Position numbers and translations under genes: made by a program. Below are positions 12,961 through 25,800 of a DNA stretch of 57,304 bases, in pieces (position 1 is the first letter of the stretch; every line of letters begins with the position of its first letter). A model generated the notes under the pieces. It had not been told where the DNA came from. It worked only from the letters and a program-made list of their open reading frames with translations, and did not search any database. Source of the stretch: Phoronis australis (lineage: Eukaryota > Animalia > Phoronida); the NCBI GenBank assembly GCA_002633005.1, contig NMRA01000278.1, positions 1 to 57,304 on the forward strand. The letters run 5' to 3'.

Positions 12961-15900
12961 TGATGTGTGCTGTATCTACGTCAGTTTGGAAATATCTACA
13001 TGTATGGTCTACCATGTCTTTTTATGGAGAGTGTACTCTGGTGGTTTTGAAAGACGAGATGAAAAGGCGAGAAGCTCTGCAGTCTGGTAGCAAACACTAG
13101 CTTGTTGAGAGGTGCGTTGTCGCTGAGTTTCCCGTATTCTTAGAGCAATTCTTTAGTTGTTGGCGTCGAATAGTTCGTTTTTGTCCCAGTTTAAGCTTTT
13201 ATCCAGTGCTTGATTGCTCAAGTTTCTTATGACAATGTGGTATTTTCAATACATAACATTACGATGTTTTCCCGTTGCTCCCAACTTGTTCGAAAGCATA
13301 GCCCAACACCAAGTTGGGAAGATGACCCCTGTAGCCAATAGCTTACGCGACCATTAATCTGGCAAAAATTTATAGTTAGAGGGCAAGCTCTCTTTGTTCG
13401 AAAATTGCTAAAACTCCAATTTATCGTATCTAGCCTGACTGGGCTGTGTTTTTTAAAAAAGTCAAGTTATAACAACTTTGAACATAAACTAGTAGCATTT
13501 CTGAAATCCTAGTCAAATGGTGACCATGTTCAGTTTTTGAATCGCCGTAATCGCCCACCTACAACCGAAGTTACAACAACCTGTTCTTTCCAAACGTACC
13601 AATTCGCTCTGGGATTGACTGTGTTCACATGTGGTCTGGTGGGTAATTGACCTGCCTGTTGTCATACCTGATAAAAAACTGTGCCTGGTAGTTAACAAAG
13701 AAGCTAGACGTTACCACATTCTCACAACCCTCTGCGTCTGGCAAAGTCACTGAACGGGAAAACGCCGTCATGAATGTAGTGCTTAAAAATTGATATCGTT
13801 TTTGATCACACGAGCTTGGGTTTCACTCTTAATCAACTGATGTTTTGGTCATGCAGTTTCAATATATGGGCAGCGCACCAAAGGGGGCTGGAAGGGGTGC
13901 ATGGCCTCCACTTTTTCAGTGCTGCAATGCTAATGTTCTATAATTGGTACACCACAGGGGGTCTGGTGGCTTTAGCCCCCTCTTTTTTTCAGTGCTGCGC
14001 CGCCAATACAATATTCTCTGCGGAGGTGTTCATAGACTGATCAATTTTAGAGTTCATTACCATGTCATGCCAGAGGTGTATTATAAATCCAATGTGGAGC
14101 ATACTAAAGCTCATGACGCACTTATTCCTGCTGAAAATTCAAACCAAAACGCAATTTGATTTGTTACCTGAAGCGCAAGTTTCAATTACCCCATTCTTTG
14201 CCAACACAATAAAGATCCAACTGGCTGGGCTGCCTCAGTAAAGAAGGCATCATAAAATTCTCCAACTGAATAGAACTACTTGTGACCTTCCATTTGACCC
14301 CGATCTTCAGATGAAGGACTATCAGAAACCTCTTACATGTACATGATAGGTACATTCTCTGAGAACGAATTTTGTCGAAATGACACATCTCAATAGGTTG
14401 GTTGTACTTACATTGCAATTATTTTAAATGAAATAAAATAATATAAAAGATAAGAAATATATCTAATCACACAGTTTTTATTTTTAAAACATACATACGA
14501 ATACATATAATAGGGAAAAGGAAACAACTTTGCCTTAGAAAATAAACATGGCTGTAGGCTACAATACCTCTAGTTTACAAAAAAATAATATTGAGAAATT
14601 TGGAATAAAGTGAGATCTGCTAAAAAATACACAACATCTGTAAGTGCAGCATATCAAAATACATAAATACCTCAACTTACATATTACCCACATGTTTAGG
14701 TTGCAAGCTTCCAAGTTAACAAAATATGATCAATAAAATACATATTATTGAAGGTAGAAACAGACCCCTACCATTGTGATAATAGGAAAAAATATGCATA
14801 CCTTTAAATCAGTGCATATGTAAACAACGACATCTTTAATCACATTTGTTTTTGGCCAAAATATGCTTTCGAGGTGCCCTCAACAACAGGATGCAATACA
14901 GTACACTATAACATGATAGAGTTTAAAACAATAATTAGATACAGGTAACAAAGCAGCAATTAAAACAGGTTGATGATGAAGCTTTGACCAAGAGAGATGA
15001 AATAACGAGATGATAATGAATACTGAGAGCATGCACAATAATGAAAATTGACATAATTAAGAAAGGTAAATTGTAAAAATGGGTAAATAAATTACAGCCA
15101 GTTTTCAATATTAAGTTTGACAGTATCAACTGATTTGGGCTGTTTCATTTCTGGGCTAAGAGAGTTCCTTATTGCAGCAGCAGCACAAATAAGAGATCTC
15201 TCGCCGGTCTCGGTTTTATTTTTTTTTTTAAGAAACATTACCAGCAACCGAAAAAGGTGCAAAGTATACAGCTTGACTGCTGCTAAATTTGTGACCCAGA
15301 TATGTTGGAGCCAAACCATTGACACATCTGTTACATCCAAAAGGTAGAGAGATAATTCATTCTTATTATTTTAAAACAAAGTGAAGCTTCAAATTGCATC
15401 AACTTATATCAACATCAGAATTGTTTAATAATCACTGAATCAAAGTATACATTAAACATCAGCATGGCATGTGCAGAGTGTACAATACGTCTAAATATGA
15501 ATGAAGTATGCACAATAATTTACTTTATAAAACCCATTTTAATATTATACAACATTTGTTTAAGTTGAGATCAATTACAAAACAAACAGCAGCAAAAAGT
15601 CATTGGCCTGGTCCATTATGAGGGTCACACCGAAAAGAAATGAGCAAAGCGGGACATAAAAATAAGCCTGGCAACTGCTGCACGAAAATCAACTATTGAT
15701 TATGTTTGTAAAAATTAATACAAGGGGAATTTAGGAGCATGGCAGAAATTCCTTTTCAAAACAATATCAAATGGCGCTTGGAGTTGTCCCACCTACATCT
15801 CAGTGCAAAACATGAAAAAATCAGATTCCTTTATGAGATGTCATGCCAACGACATTGTGTGACATACAGACATACCTTTGTGTTTACTATATCTTCCACA

Positions 15901-17493
15901 TCGTACTGTGGGGTTTAACAAATTACGCCAACGACATTGTTTGACATACAGACGGACTGCCAAAAACTGTACTTAAAACTGTAAACTTCTTAAAAAATGA
16001 ATGAAAAAATCACATAGCTTTCATTTACAAAACTGAATCAAAATTTAAAAACGATTTTCATATACCATTTCTCTATAGAAGAGCTCAAAACTAGCAACAA
16101 GCAAAGCGGCAAGGCACTGCCGCAACCGGTAGTGGTATACAACAGGCCTACATTTTGAGAACCAGTTTTCTCCACTGAGCAAACGTTATCAAACTGGTTT
16201 TCAGAATTTTGCATGTTATTATAGGACTATTGCCGGGGATGCAGCAGTTAACCCAATCTGACAAGAGTCGTGAACTGACGTTTGTACCTGGCATTATGTC
16301 CTTCCATTGTATTACTCCTAAGTGTTCTTTGGCTACTTCTCACATCAAAACATTCACTTATTTTATAATCCCTGTTTGTTCTCCATCTCGTGTTAAGTAG
16401 TTTATTGGGTCAGCATCAACCAATGTTTTCTATTGGGATGACAATCTTGCTTTGGGACCTCTGCGTTGTTTCCCTTTGACAAATCCACTGACTGAAAAAG
16501 GCAAACAAAGTTAGAATTCATAACACATACCCGACTTGCAGTGTGTAATGCACGTTGAAAACCCCATTCACTTTTCCTCTAAGGCAAGCATGAAACACAA
16601 ATTCTACAGAAGAAAAATATAAGTTAAAACAAATAAGACTGTGATTTTATATTTTTAATGTTAATGGTTTCATTACTTTGAATGCAATTGTTGAAGCCTA
16701 TAAAAATCTATTCAGTGTAATCACACAAATAATCCACCCTCACAAAATTTCCCCAACAAGTCAGCTTAAAATCGAACTCTCAAAAATATCAGTCATCACG
16801 GGGTGAGTTAGGTAATTACATCGCGTAAATGCCGGGGAAGTTACGTGAAATCACGCCTGTTGACGAATAAAAAGTCCAAGGGACACGAATTTTACAAATT
16901 CCATCTGATATCTATCATGCTATTTTGCAAGTGTCGCGCGTGAGGTCACGCGCTTCTCTCAGTCTCGCGCTTGCCCTCGCCTACCTCAAGTGACGTCAAT
17001 TGAAATAGTTTGCGGCTATCGCGCCCGATGAAAAAGTTAACGGCCATTAAAAAGTGGAATTCGAATTCTTCGCCATAGTCATATTGCTTCAAAAAAACAT
17101 GCTTCATGGAAGATATGTACAGAGCAAGAAAGGATAGCTGAAGAAAGTAAGCACATTTTTAAGTGAAAATTTCAAGTTCAAAACGCATTTTTGACGATAT
17201 GAAACCTCTACGTCATTTAAGCAGACTTCGCCTACCCCCGGGAGGAAATTTGTTGGAACGACGGGAATATTGTAGCTCCTACCCAGTACCCTGCAAGCGG
17301 GGTGGCTACGTGTTGCCTAGGCCTGGGTAGGTCTACGGGGGAACAGGTTTGCGAGAAACAATGGATACGGGGAAGGATTGTAAGCTGTAATAATTTCCCA
17401 TAACAAAAGTACTAGACCTAACGCTCAAGAATTAATACGTTAAAATGCGCACCATTTTCTGATTGTATCCTGTCACTGTCTATTATATTACTT

Positions 17494-17700
17494 ACATGTA
17501 CATCTAAGCGTTTGAGCCTTGGGTGGTGGACGTGTCGAATTTCAATCGAGTCCACCTCTCTTTCGAGTTTCGTGTCCAGGCCTGCTTACACGCTCATCCA
17601 TGCACGATCGGCGTCTGCCCTGTTGCCACACTTATCGACAGCTTGGCACTCCTCGCCTACTTTGAAAAAGTCCGCGATCGCATGCTACGTAGTCAGACAT
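17494..17700 (-). pseudogene. Possible decayed Tudor/chromo-barrel-like exon
   Basis: Minus frame reads IADFFKVGEECQAVDKCGNRADADRAWMSV*AGLDTKLEREVDSIEIR and ends at a GTAAGT donor. It resembles FKVGxxxxAxDxxGxWxxA...GWDxxxDxxV. One internal stop. Confidence 0.4.
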
Positions 17701-19522
17701 CACTTGAAGTTCGACAGAAGCACGTGGAATTGTTTACTTGGGAAAATGACGAATGTATACATGTACTGTATCGACAAAATACTATATTTTGGCCTACACG
17801 CAAAATCAAGGATTGAAGTTGTCAATTGCTGCACTGTCGCGGCAATAAGTCTATCTGGCTTTGTGGTAACTTCCATTTACTTCGAATTCATGACAACGTT
17901 CGAGGTTTTGTGTCCAAAATTTCGCACTCTTGAAAATATGACCATTCATGGTTTATGTGTTACTGCATTTTGAGTCTGTCAATATTGTGGTTTTCTAAAC
18001 GACACAGAATACCTATTCAGGCGTTTTGATGTTTAGGTGTTACTGTACCAAATTGTCCAGTTTGTGCGAAAATGTTCCCGGGGTATAATGGGTGTTTCAA
18101 CGGAATTACATAATTGAGTGTTGGCATAGTGCCAGATTTTCGAATAATATTCCACCTTTTCAATTCAGGTGTCTCTTTTTTCACTCTCTAATGCTGGAAA
18201 CTTATCTTTTGATATTCCACACTTCATGCCGATTGTTTGTCCAACTATTTTACAGTTGGCGGTTTCTGCAATCTTCCAGCGGGAAGCTACAACATAAGGC
18301 TTTACGTTCAGACGTGTCCTCGTTACAGCTACCGTGACGCTTACACCTGCTGGGATTCCAGCTGTCGTCTGGTAGTCAGCGACGTCTTCAACGTGAACTA
18401 AGGCACGCAACAGTTATGCTGAACAGATACCTTAACGTTTCTCACGTGTTTTCCTGCGAAAATATACTGTCAATGATTTAGTCCCATTTTCAAACCTGGT
18501 GACTGCTTTTTGAAGACACTGTTTACTTTTGTTTTTTGACTTCAGCCAACAGTCAGAAACCTGACTACAAAACATTTTGTTTTCTTTCTTGTAGTAGTCA
18601 CAGATTTGTGACTTTGATTTGTGTTTTGTAGACAGATTTTCTGATTTTAAACAGAAGTCGTTTTTTGCGAATCGTGCTAAACTATCTATTGACAGAGTAC
18701 AGATGAAAGATAGAAGCCTACAGTCTCCTAGAGAAAGAAGCCCCTGTTTACTGGAAATGTAGCTCATCTTCAGAGAGAAGCGCAATTACCCACCGTCTAT
18801 GCAATAGCTGGCGTAGCCCTCTTTACCTGCAGAAACGTTAAGTCATTAATCAAATTTTATACATATTCTCACATGAAAATTAATTAAGTCTGCATTATTT
18901 TAGTATGTGTAGTTGTGGGGTCAGTAGTGGTTTGCAAAGTGTCATCTTAGTTTGAGTTTCCATGCAGCTCGATCTGTATGTAGTCTAGGTTTGTGTACAC
19001 TGTATTGTCGGCAATTAATCCATAACAGGCATATGATTCCCAACTTGTTGAATTCAAAACGATCGAGAACGTTAACAACATTTCATTTGCTTTTATGGTA
19101 GGGTATACATGTAAGCTGATAACTCTGCATCGAACACGCAGAGGCTTGCTTGGAACTGACCAAAGGGTGAAGTGCAGACCTAATACATTTTTCCCAAGGC
19201 ATGGATCGCACGGGAAATCTAATGGACGAGCTTAAATTTACGTATGTACGTGATTACGTCGTTCTCAAGCTTAGGAATGTTGTATCGAATGAGCGTGATG
19301 AAAATCAATCCTGTGTTATTGATATACGCGTTACAGTCTGCTAGGTTTCAGGTCACCTGATTAAACTTATTCAGAATATGGTACAATAGACATTGAATAT
19401 GATCGCTGCCATTAAATTTTTAACAAAACATATCGTTCCTTTTGTTGGATTACTCCATATAACTTTCTAAAATACAAACTGTAAACAGTCGTGCAGTGTC
19501 CTTACTGATAAGGATACGTACT

Positions 19523-19891
19523 ATGTCTTTTTCAATTTGGACAGCGGTCATTTTAAACCTCTTAAAACTTTGTCAGTCTAGCACACTATTTGGTGAAAAA
19601 ATCGAAACATGCTCGGGAATTTCGCTGAGATCCACTTGTTCTGCTACAAGTGTAAACGGGTTGTTTTCACCGTCCTACTTTGGGAAACGAACTGGCACAA
19701 GAAGTGACGTTGAATGCGCGCTCTACTGCAGGAGACAGGCAGCTTGCACCTCGGCTTACTACGAAGAAGATACAGGCGTATGCTACTTCTCCCAGGAAAG
19801 TTATCACGATGTGGTGTCGCAGGGAAGAGCGGAGAAAGAGGGAAGAAATCTTCGAAGCAAGATAAGAATTGACAACTGGAAATTACATCTG
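19523..19891 (+). CDS. Exon 1: signal peptide + PAN/Apple domain
   Basis: Hydrophobic leader MSFSIWTAVILNLLKLCQS. ECALYCRRQAACTSAYYEEDTGVCYF is a C-x3-C-x5-C-x11-C PAN core. Donor G|GTTAGA at 19892 (phase 0, moderately weak). Confidence 0.85.
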
Positions 19892-22800
19892 GTTAGAATC
19901 TGGTTGCGACAATATATGGCTTGTCAGGTTGCTTATAATGTCGTTACATGAGTACTTCGAGATTTTGTGACCCTTAAAACCCTGTTTACGATTCCGACCT
20001 TTTTCTGTACGACTAATCGTTGTGTGTTTACATGTCTTCCGACACAACTGTACGATTATGGGGAGCTAAATAGACCATTCCGATTTGCTCCGACCTGATG
20101 CGACTAATTTTGGGCGTACTGCAACTGCCGCATTTGAAGTCGATATAATGTCGTGACAGTAGGATCAGAATACGTAAAAAGGGTTTTACTCTGGTAAGAA
20201 GTGTGGCCATCTATATAAAATAGTCTAAACCAAGACCCCTAAGTCTTCTGCGCATGTGTGGACATGTGAAAACACTGGTTGTTCTAAAATGCCATATTTT
20301 AGGTTCAGTAGCAATTATTAGGCTTTAATATAAAACGAGAGTGAACTCTTCGTTGTAATCTCCACAATATTGAAAATAAGTAGGGATATTTTAGTTCAGC
20401 GCTGCTAATTGAAGCAATCCCATTCTCACTAAAAAGTTTTTACTTATACCGTCAGAGGCCCTAAAGTCGTGAGTGCCCTAAAGTCGTGAACGATCTTATT
20501 TCCTCTTCTGCGCGGTCCTGCGACATCTGGCGTTGAAGTTTCCAGCGTTCTTCTGCTTACGAACGTCAAACGAATACCCGGACGTGTTCGTATTCACAAT
20601 ATAATAACAAACAGTGAGTGAGTGNTGTCAAAACACGTATATTTGTGAAGGCTGACATATGTCCATCACATCACATGAGCAGTTGCTAACGGACATTGGG
20701 TAGTATGACAATCGGCACTTAGTATGCTTATATTCACGACTTTAGGTCGTGGGTGTATATTGTAAGAAAATGTCACCAGTCTTCTTTGAGCTCTTCACGA
20801 AGATAAACATGTCAGGTGTTAGTACAGGTCGACACAAACACGCAGAAGCATTGGTGAAGTTGGCTGAGTCCGTGGTTTAGACAAACTTGTACTTACGTTC
20901 GTTTTACATGTAAATGTATAACCTAGAAACAAGTAAGTAGCGTTTTAATTTTTGCGCATGATAAACGCATTTAAACTGACAATTGCGACTGCACACATAT
21001 ATTTTGAGGTCAGTTAGGACCGTATTGATTAGTCTGTGAATTTCGTCAAATATCCACAAAAGTGACAGGTTTTGGAAAGAAATTATAGGGCAAGGGGCTC
21101 GAGGCTTTCGAACCTATTGCAACTACTGTCGGAAATGGAAGCCTGGGATACCAGTGTTGAAAAAATTGTGGCGACTAGGAGGGGTGTGTTTATTTATTTA
21201 TTCAACAATTTTTAAAAGACTGGGTTATCACTACAGTCAGTATACTGATTTTCAAGTGGGTGTTAAAACTGGCGTACGAGAGAAAGATTACTATTAGATT
21301 ACCAGAGTTCCAAGACCTTTTAAAGCTTAGGGTCCTTAGTGAACACGAACTCATAGATCGGATGTAATACGAAAAAGAGAAATGTCCTCCATGAGCAAAT
21401 TCATTGGCTTGAGCTTCGTTTCTTTCCCGAAAGTGCTACAACATGGCGGTTATTCGCCGCGTAATATGACTTTGTAGAGATTATCTTGAGATTTTATTAG
21501 AGAAGGTTTGAAAGAGAAACAAAAGGAATAGCATGAAAAACATTTTTGAAACTTAAATCATGTTATTCATCACAGTCAAATAGTTTAAAATTTTTGTTCA
21601 AACTATTCATTGAATGGACAAACATATTCACCTCGCAATTATGTAATCTTTAGATAACTGTTACAATTAATGATAGGCTGACACATGTTCACACCAAGGG
21701 CACGCAAACTAAATCTATTACCTAATTACAACAAGAGAGTTTTTACAAAAATCTGCCATTCGTTTCCATTGTTCGTGAACATATGTTGAACATGTTTTAA
21801 GAAGAACTTTATAATACTTTAAAAATTGCGACAGATGCTACATGCACATGTATTATTGCTTTTTCAATCAAACAAATTTGATCTTTTGCGAGAAAAATAA
21901 TTAACATTTATTGACTTGAACCTTTACAAACTAAATCCAGGTATGGCATTAGAAACAACCAGTGTTTGTATCTTTTTCTAAAATGGACAGATATTGGGAT
22001 AAAACTTCTCAGAAACCCTTAACAAAGGAACAGTAAAAAACAAGTCAGATAATCCAGATAGCGTTTTGCAGAACAGCCCTTAAAGCATAGTGGATATACA
22101 GTGTATGTGAAAATGCTGACATTCGTTAATTAGCCACATTCAAATATTTTCTAGGAACCTACGAATTATTAATTGAGATCGATTGACAGTAATTAGAAAG
22201 CAATGAGCAAAAAAGGAAGATCAGGTGGTATAACAAAGATAAATTGTTTACTGTCTTCGCTCTGTTTGCTTTCAATGAAGTATTCCGAGGTCTGAGACTA
22301 AACTTTTGTTCGCATGTTTAATTTCGAAAACGTTGTATTCTACTTTAGTCCGAATGATTAACACCGCACCGTATTAGCACTAGCTCATCAATAAGTGCAA
22401 ATGGTATTTTTGCTCCGTTTTTGTTAAACTTTCTCGAAATATAACACTGGGCTTACCTTAAACTAAATGCATCACCCGAGTTTATTGAAATTTTCCTCGT
22501 AAACTGACGTAAGATTGTGAAAGTAAGGTTCTACGTAAAAAAGAGGTATTGCAGTTTCGCTCAATGAGATGGACGACACAAAAGATCTAGATCATTACCG
22601 TAGGATCGTTTCAATCTTGAGCCGCTATGAATGTCACGCATTTATTTCTAATTAGGTTCAGATTAACCTGTTTTACAGTAACAATACGCGTCCTGCATTT
22701 TCAACGCAAAAATATAAGGAAAATTATTTAAACAGCTCAACCTCCAGCTAAATGTCGACATAGAAGTTACATGTAGCGGCAAGTTTGTCAAAAACGTGAC

Positions 22801-25800
22801 CACTCGAAAAAAATGTCTAGTAAACACCAATGAACAAAAGGATTTTTAAAAGACCAAACTTTATGGACTTGAGCAGCCGTCAATGTCAAATGACGTCGTA
22901 CGGATGTTGCAAACTATTGTTTGACTTGTGAGATGCATATGGCGGGCGCTACAGTTGTTTTCTTGTATTGCTTCTTTGTTGGATATAGCAATACAGGTCG
23001 AACGGGTATTGTACGTTGGCCGCACATCAGCGGGTTACCAATAAATGCTTACCATTAACTTTATTATAAAAAAACAAAGTGGACAATAAATACGCCTATC
23101 TACCGACATCTATGCAACGAGTTCACAATCTACTGTAGTGTTCCGTGGGCAAGTTTCATGAAGTCGCTTTGTACTTTGATAGGCAGGATTGTTAATTACA
23201 TTTTATAATCCAGACTGATTATCGCTGGGCGATTTTACATATCTATCAAGACACCTCCAACCTAAAATTTAGCATAATAACCTTCATTAGTAGAACACAA
23301 TTCACTTTTACTCAAGCGATTAATTGCTAGTCCAATAAATTTTTAATGAAACTGGTATGTTTGCACTCCCTTTTTGAATGTTTACTATGAAATATTCAGT
23401 TCATACCCAGAAAGTTCCAAAGAGGCACCGTATCTGAGTTAATCTATATGCAATTGTTATACACAAACACATGAATTAGAAAACTAATGTTAAGATAACA
23501 ATGACATATGATTACGAATGTAAATAAATCATTGTAATCGTAAGTAGTCATGGGGATGATGTTTTGAGAATGGGCAGAAAATTGCAGTGTTATGAACATA
23601 TAAAAATGCTTTAGAATTTATTGTGTCTGGAAGATCATTGACGTACAGTGAAAAGAGTACGGGACCTAGTATATTACCTTGAGGTTCTCCAGCATTTACG
23701 AAACCTGGTGTTGGTGAGGGTGATATGACAACCTCAATTTGTAAGTTCGACATTCCAGATATGATTTTAAAAGTAAGAGGAGAGAGCCTGGGAAACCACA
23801 AGATTGTAATTTATGTAGAAGCAGATCATGGGACACGACATCAAAAGATGACGCAATGTCTAAAAATAAGCTGGCGCTCCATCCTCTTTGTGTTGACTTT
23901 CAAATTGGCACAAATAAAGCAGTGACATTTTGTCAAATCAATTTTGACACCCAAAACTATAATAATTAGTTTCATCAGTAAAATTCTGATATCCATGAGT
24001 GAGTGGGGTTCACGACGTATTTCGCATTTACGTCGACATGGTCTCTCTCATGGCAAATTAAATCTTAAGTACGGGTAGTATATTTTGGTGGTATAAAAAT
24101 GTTGTATTGTTTTGCAGATGTTTTAATATGAGTGTATTTATTAGCCAAAGGTTTCTACGCCGCGTATATATTTTTACGAAGCCGAAAATCGAGTTAATAT
24201 GATTAGTTGGCGTGTATTTTATTAGCAATTTATTCTGCACTCAAATTTATCGGGGTTTACGAAGATGAGTGCCTAGTTCACGTTTCAATCTATATTCGAG
24301 TTACAAAAACCCCGGATTTCCGAGTAAAGAATGTAAACGTTCAGTTCATAATCGAAGTTATATCGTGAATGCTCGAACCATCAAATGCACCTTTAAGGCA
24401 ACCCTTCTAAATCTTCGCGCACGTACATGTACTTGCATGTCCTCAAAGTCCTTGTCAGAAAATCAGTAAACCGAGAAATAAAGGTTTTCAATCATTGATT
24501 AAAGTGGCAGCAAATCTTCAGCACACCAAATACATGTACATGTACATTTAATATTATTGATAGAGGTGCATCACTTTAGACGGCCATGGCAAGAAAGTAA
24601 CAAGGAACTGCTACCTGATTTCAAGTTTTAGTAGCCAAAGACCGAAATACAAAATACAAATATATAGGTATATTAGTATTGTGTAAAACTCCCTGAAAAG
24701 GATACTAAACCCTGTTTTGGTGTTTTCAACCAACCATCGTTCTGATCTGCTAATGCATCATTTTCGCCTTTCTTGAAAGATAAAAGCAGGAATCCACTAA
24801 GAACTACTAAAAGCGTACATGTATTTCACTCTTGCCTGTGCAACAGAATTCAAAAAGAGTACTATGATTCGCTCCAAATTTTTGTCTTTTGTCAAGGGTT
24901 AAAGAGCATCATTTTGTTTCAGGGAATTGTACAGGAATATTGCCTTCAATGGCTGTTAATGGATAAAACTGGTTTTAATAACATAGTTTTTTTTTTAAAA
25001 ATAACCATTTCTGCTTCATTTCAGTTTAAACGATTTCAACAAAGACATTTTCACAAACGATACTCTTTTATTGTGAAATACGCACCCTCCAACGTCAACG
25101 AATCTTCATCCATAAAGTTGTTTAACTTTTGATTTTTACAGGATGGTGCAACAGCAAACAGGTCACACCAGCATGTAAGTTGAATGACCTTATTCTTCAA
25201 TCATTTCTTTGCAATCTTCTGACCGATTAGACGCAATCTGGGTTTTGCATTTGAAGGGAATAATGTTCAGTGGTCGAAAACAATACCATGGAAATGGTGG
25301 CACTTTTACTTAAAAATCATAAACGCAATAAAGTGTTAACAGAAGCTGATCATATTCACTGTACCATAATTTTAGATGTAGACATACAATCACTTTTTTC
25401 AGGACAAGGAATGCGTGAAGGCCAACTGCACAGACGGAAAGCAGTCTTGTGTGAGAGACTGCACTAACGACGTGGGAGTCTGCGTGGGCAAGTCTTTAAT
25501 AGCAGTACCTCGTTAGCTCGCTAAGTGTCGCATAAACATAGATGTCTATGGTCCTAATTGTAGAATTTTGTTTAGAGACTGGGTTGCGTTTGAGCCCTAG
25601 AATGCCAACTCCTTATACTGCAACCGATGAGGTTGCGTTTACGCGTGCGTCAGAGTTGTTTGAGTTCATTTGTTCGGCTATTACTACTTGCTATGGAGTT
25701 CACTGTTATCAAAAGTTTTTGCAATCCCGTCTTTTTTCATCCCAATTTCATAAGAGCCATATAATTAGAAAGCCCTTCGTCAGTTCTTGATGAATATTTC

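Noticed and set aside
17512-17973. 153-aa plus-strand ORF as a gene
   Set aside because: Non-ATG start and no motif; the coding-like signal here is on the opposite strand.
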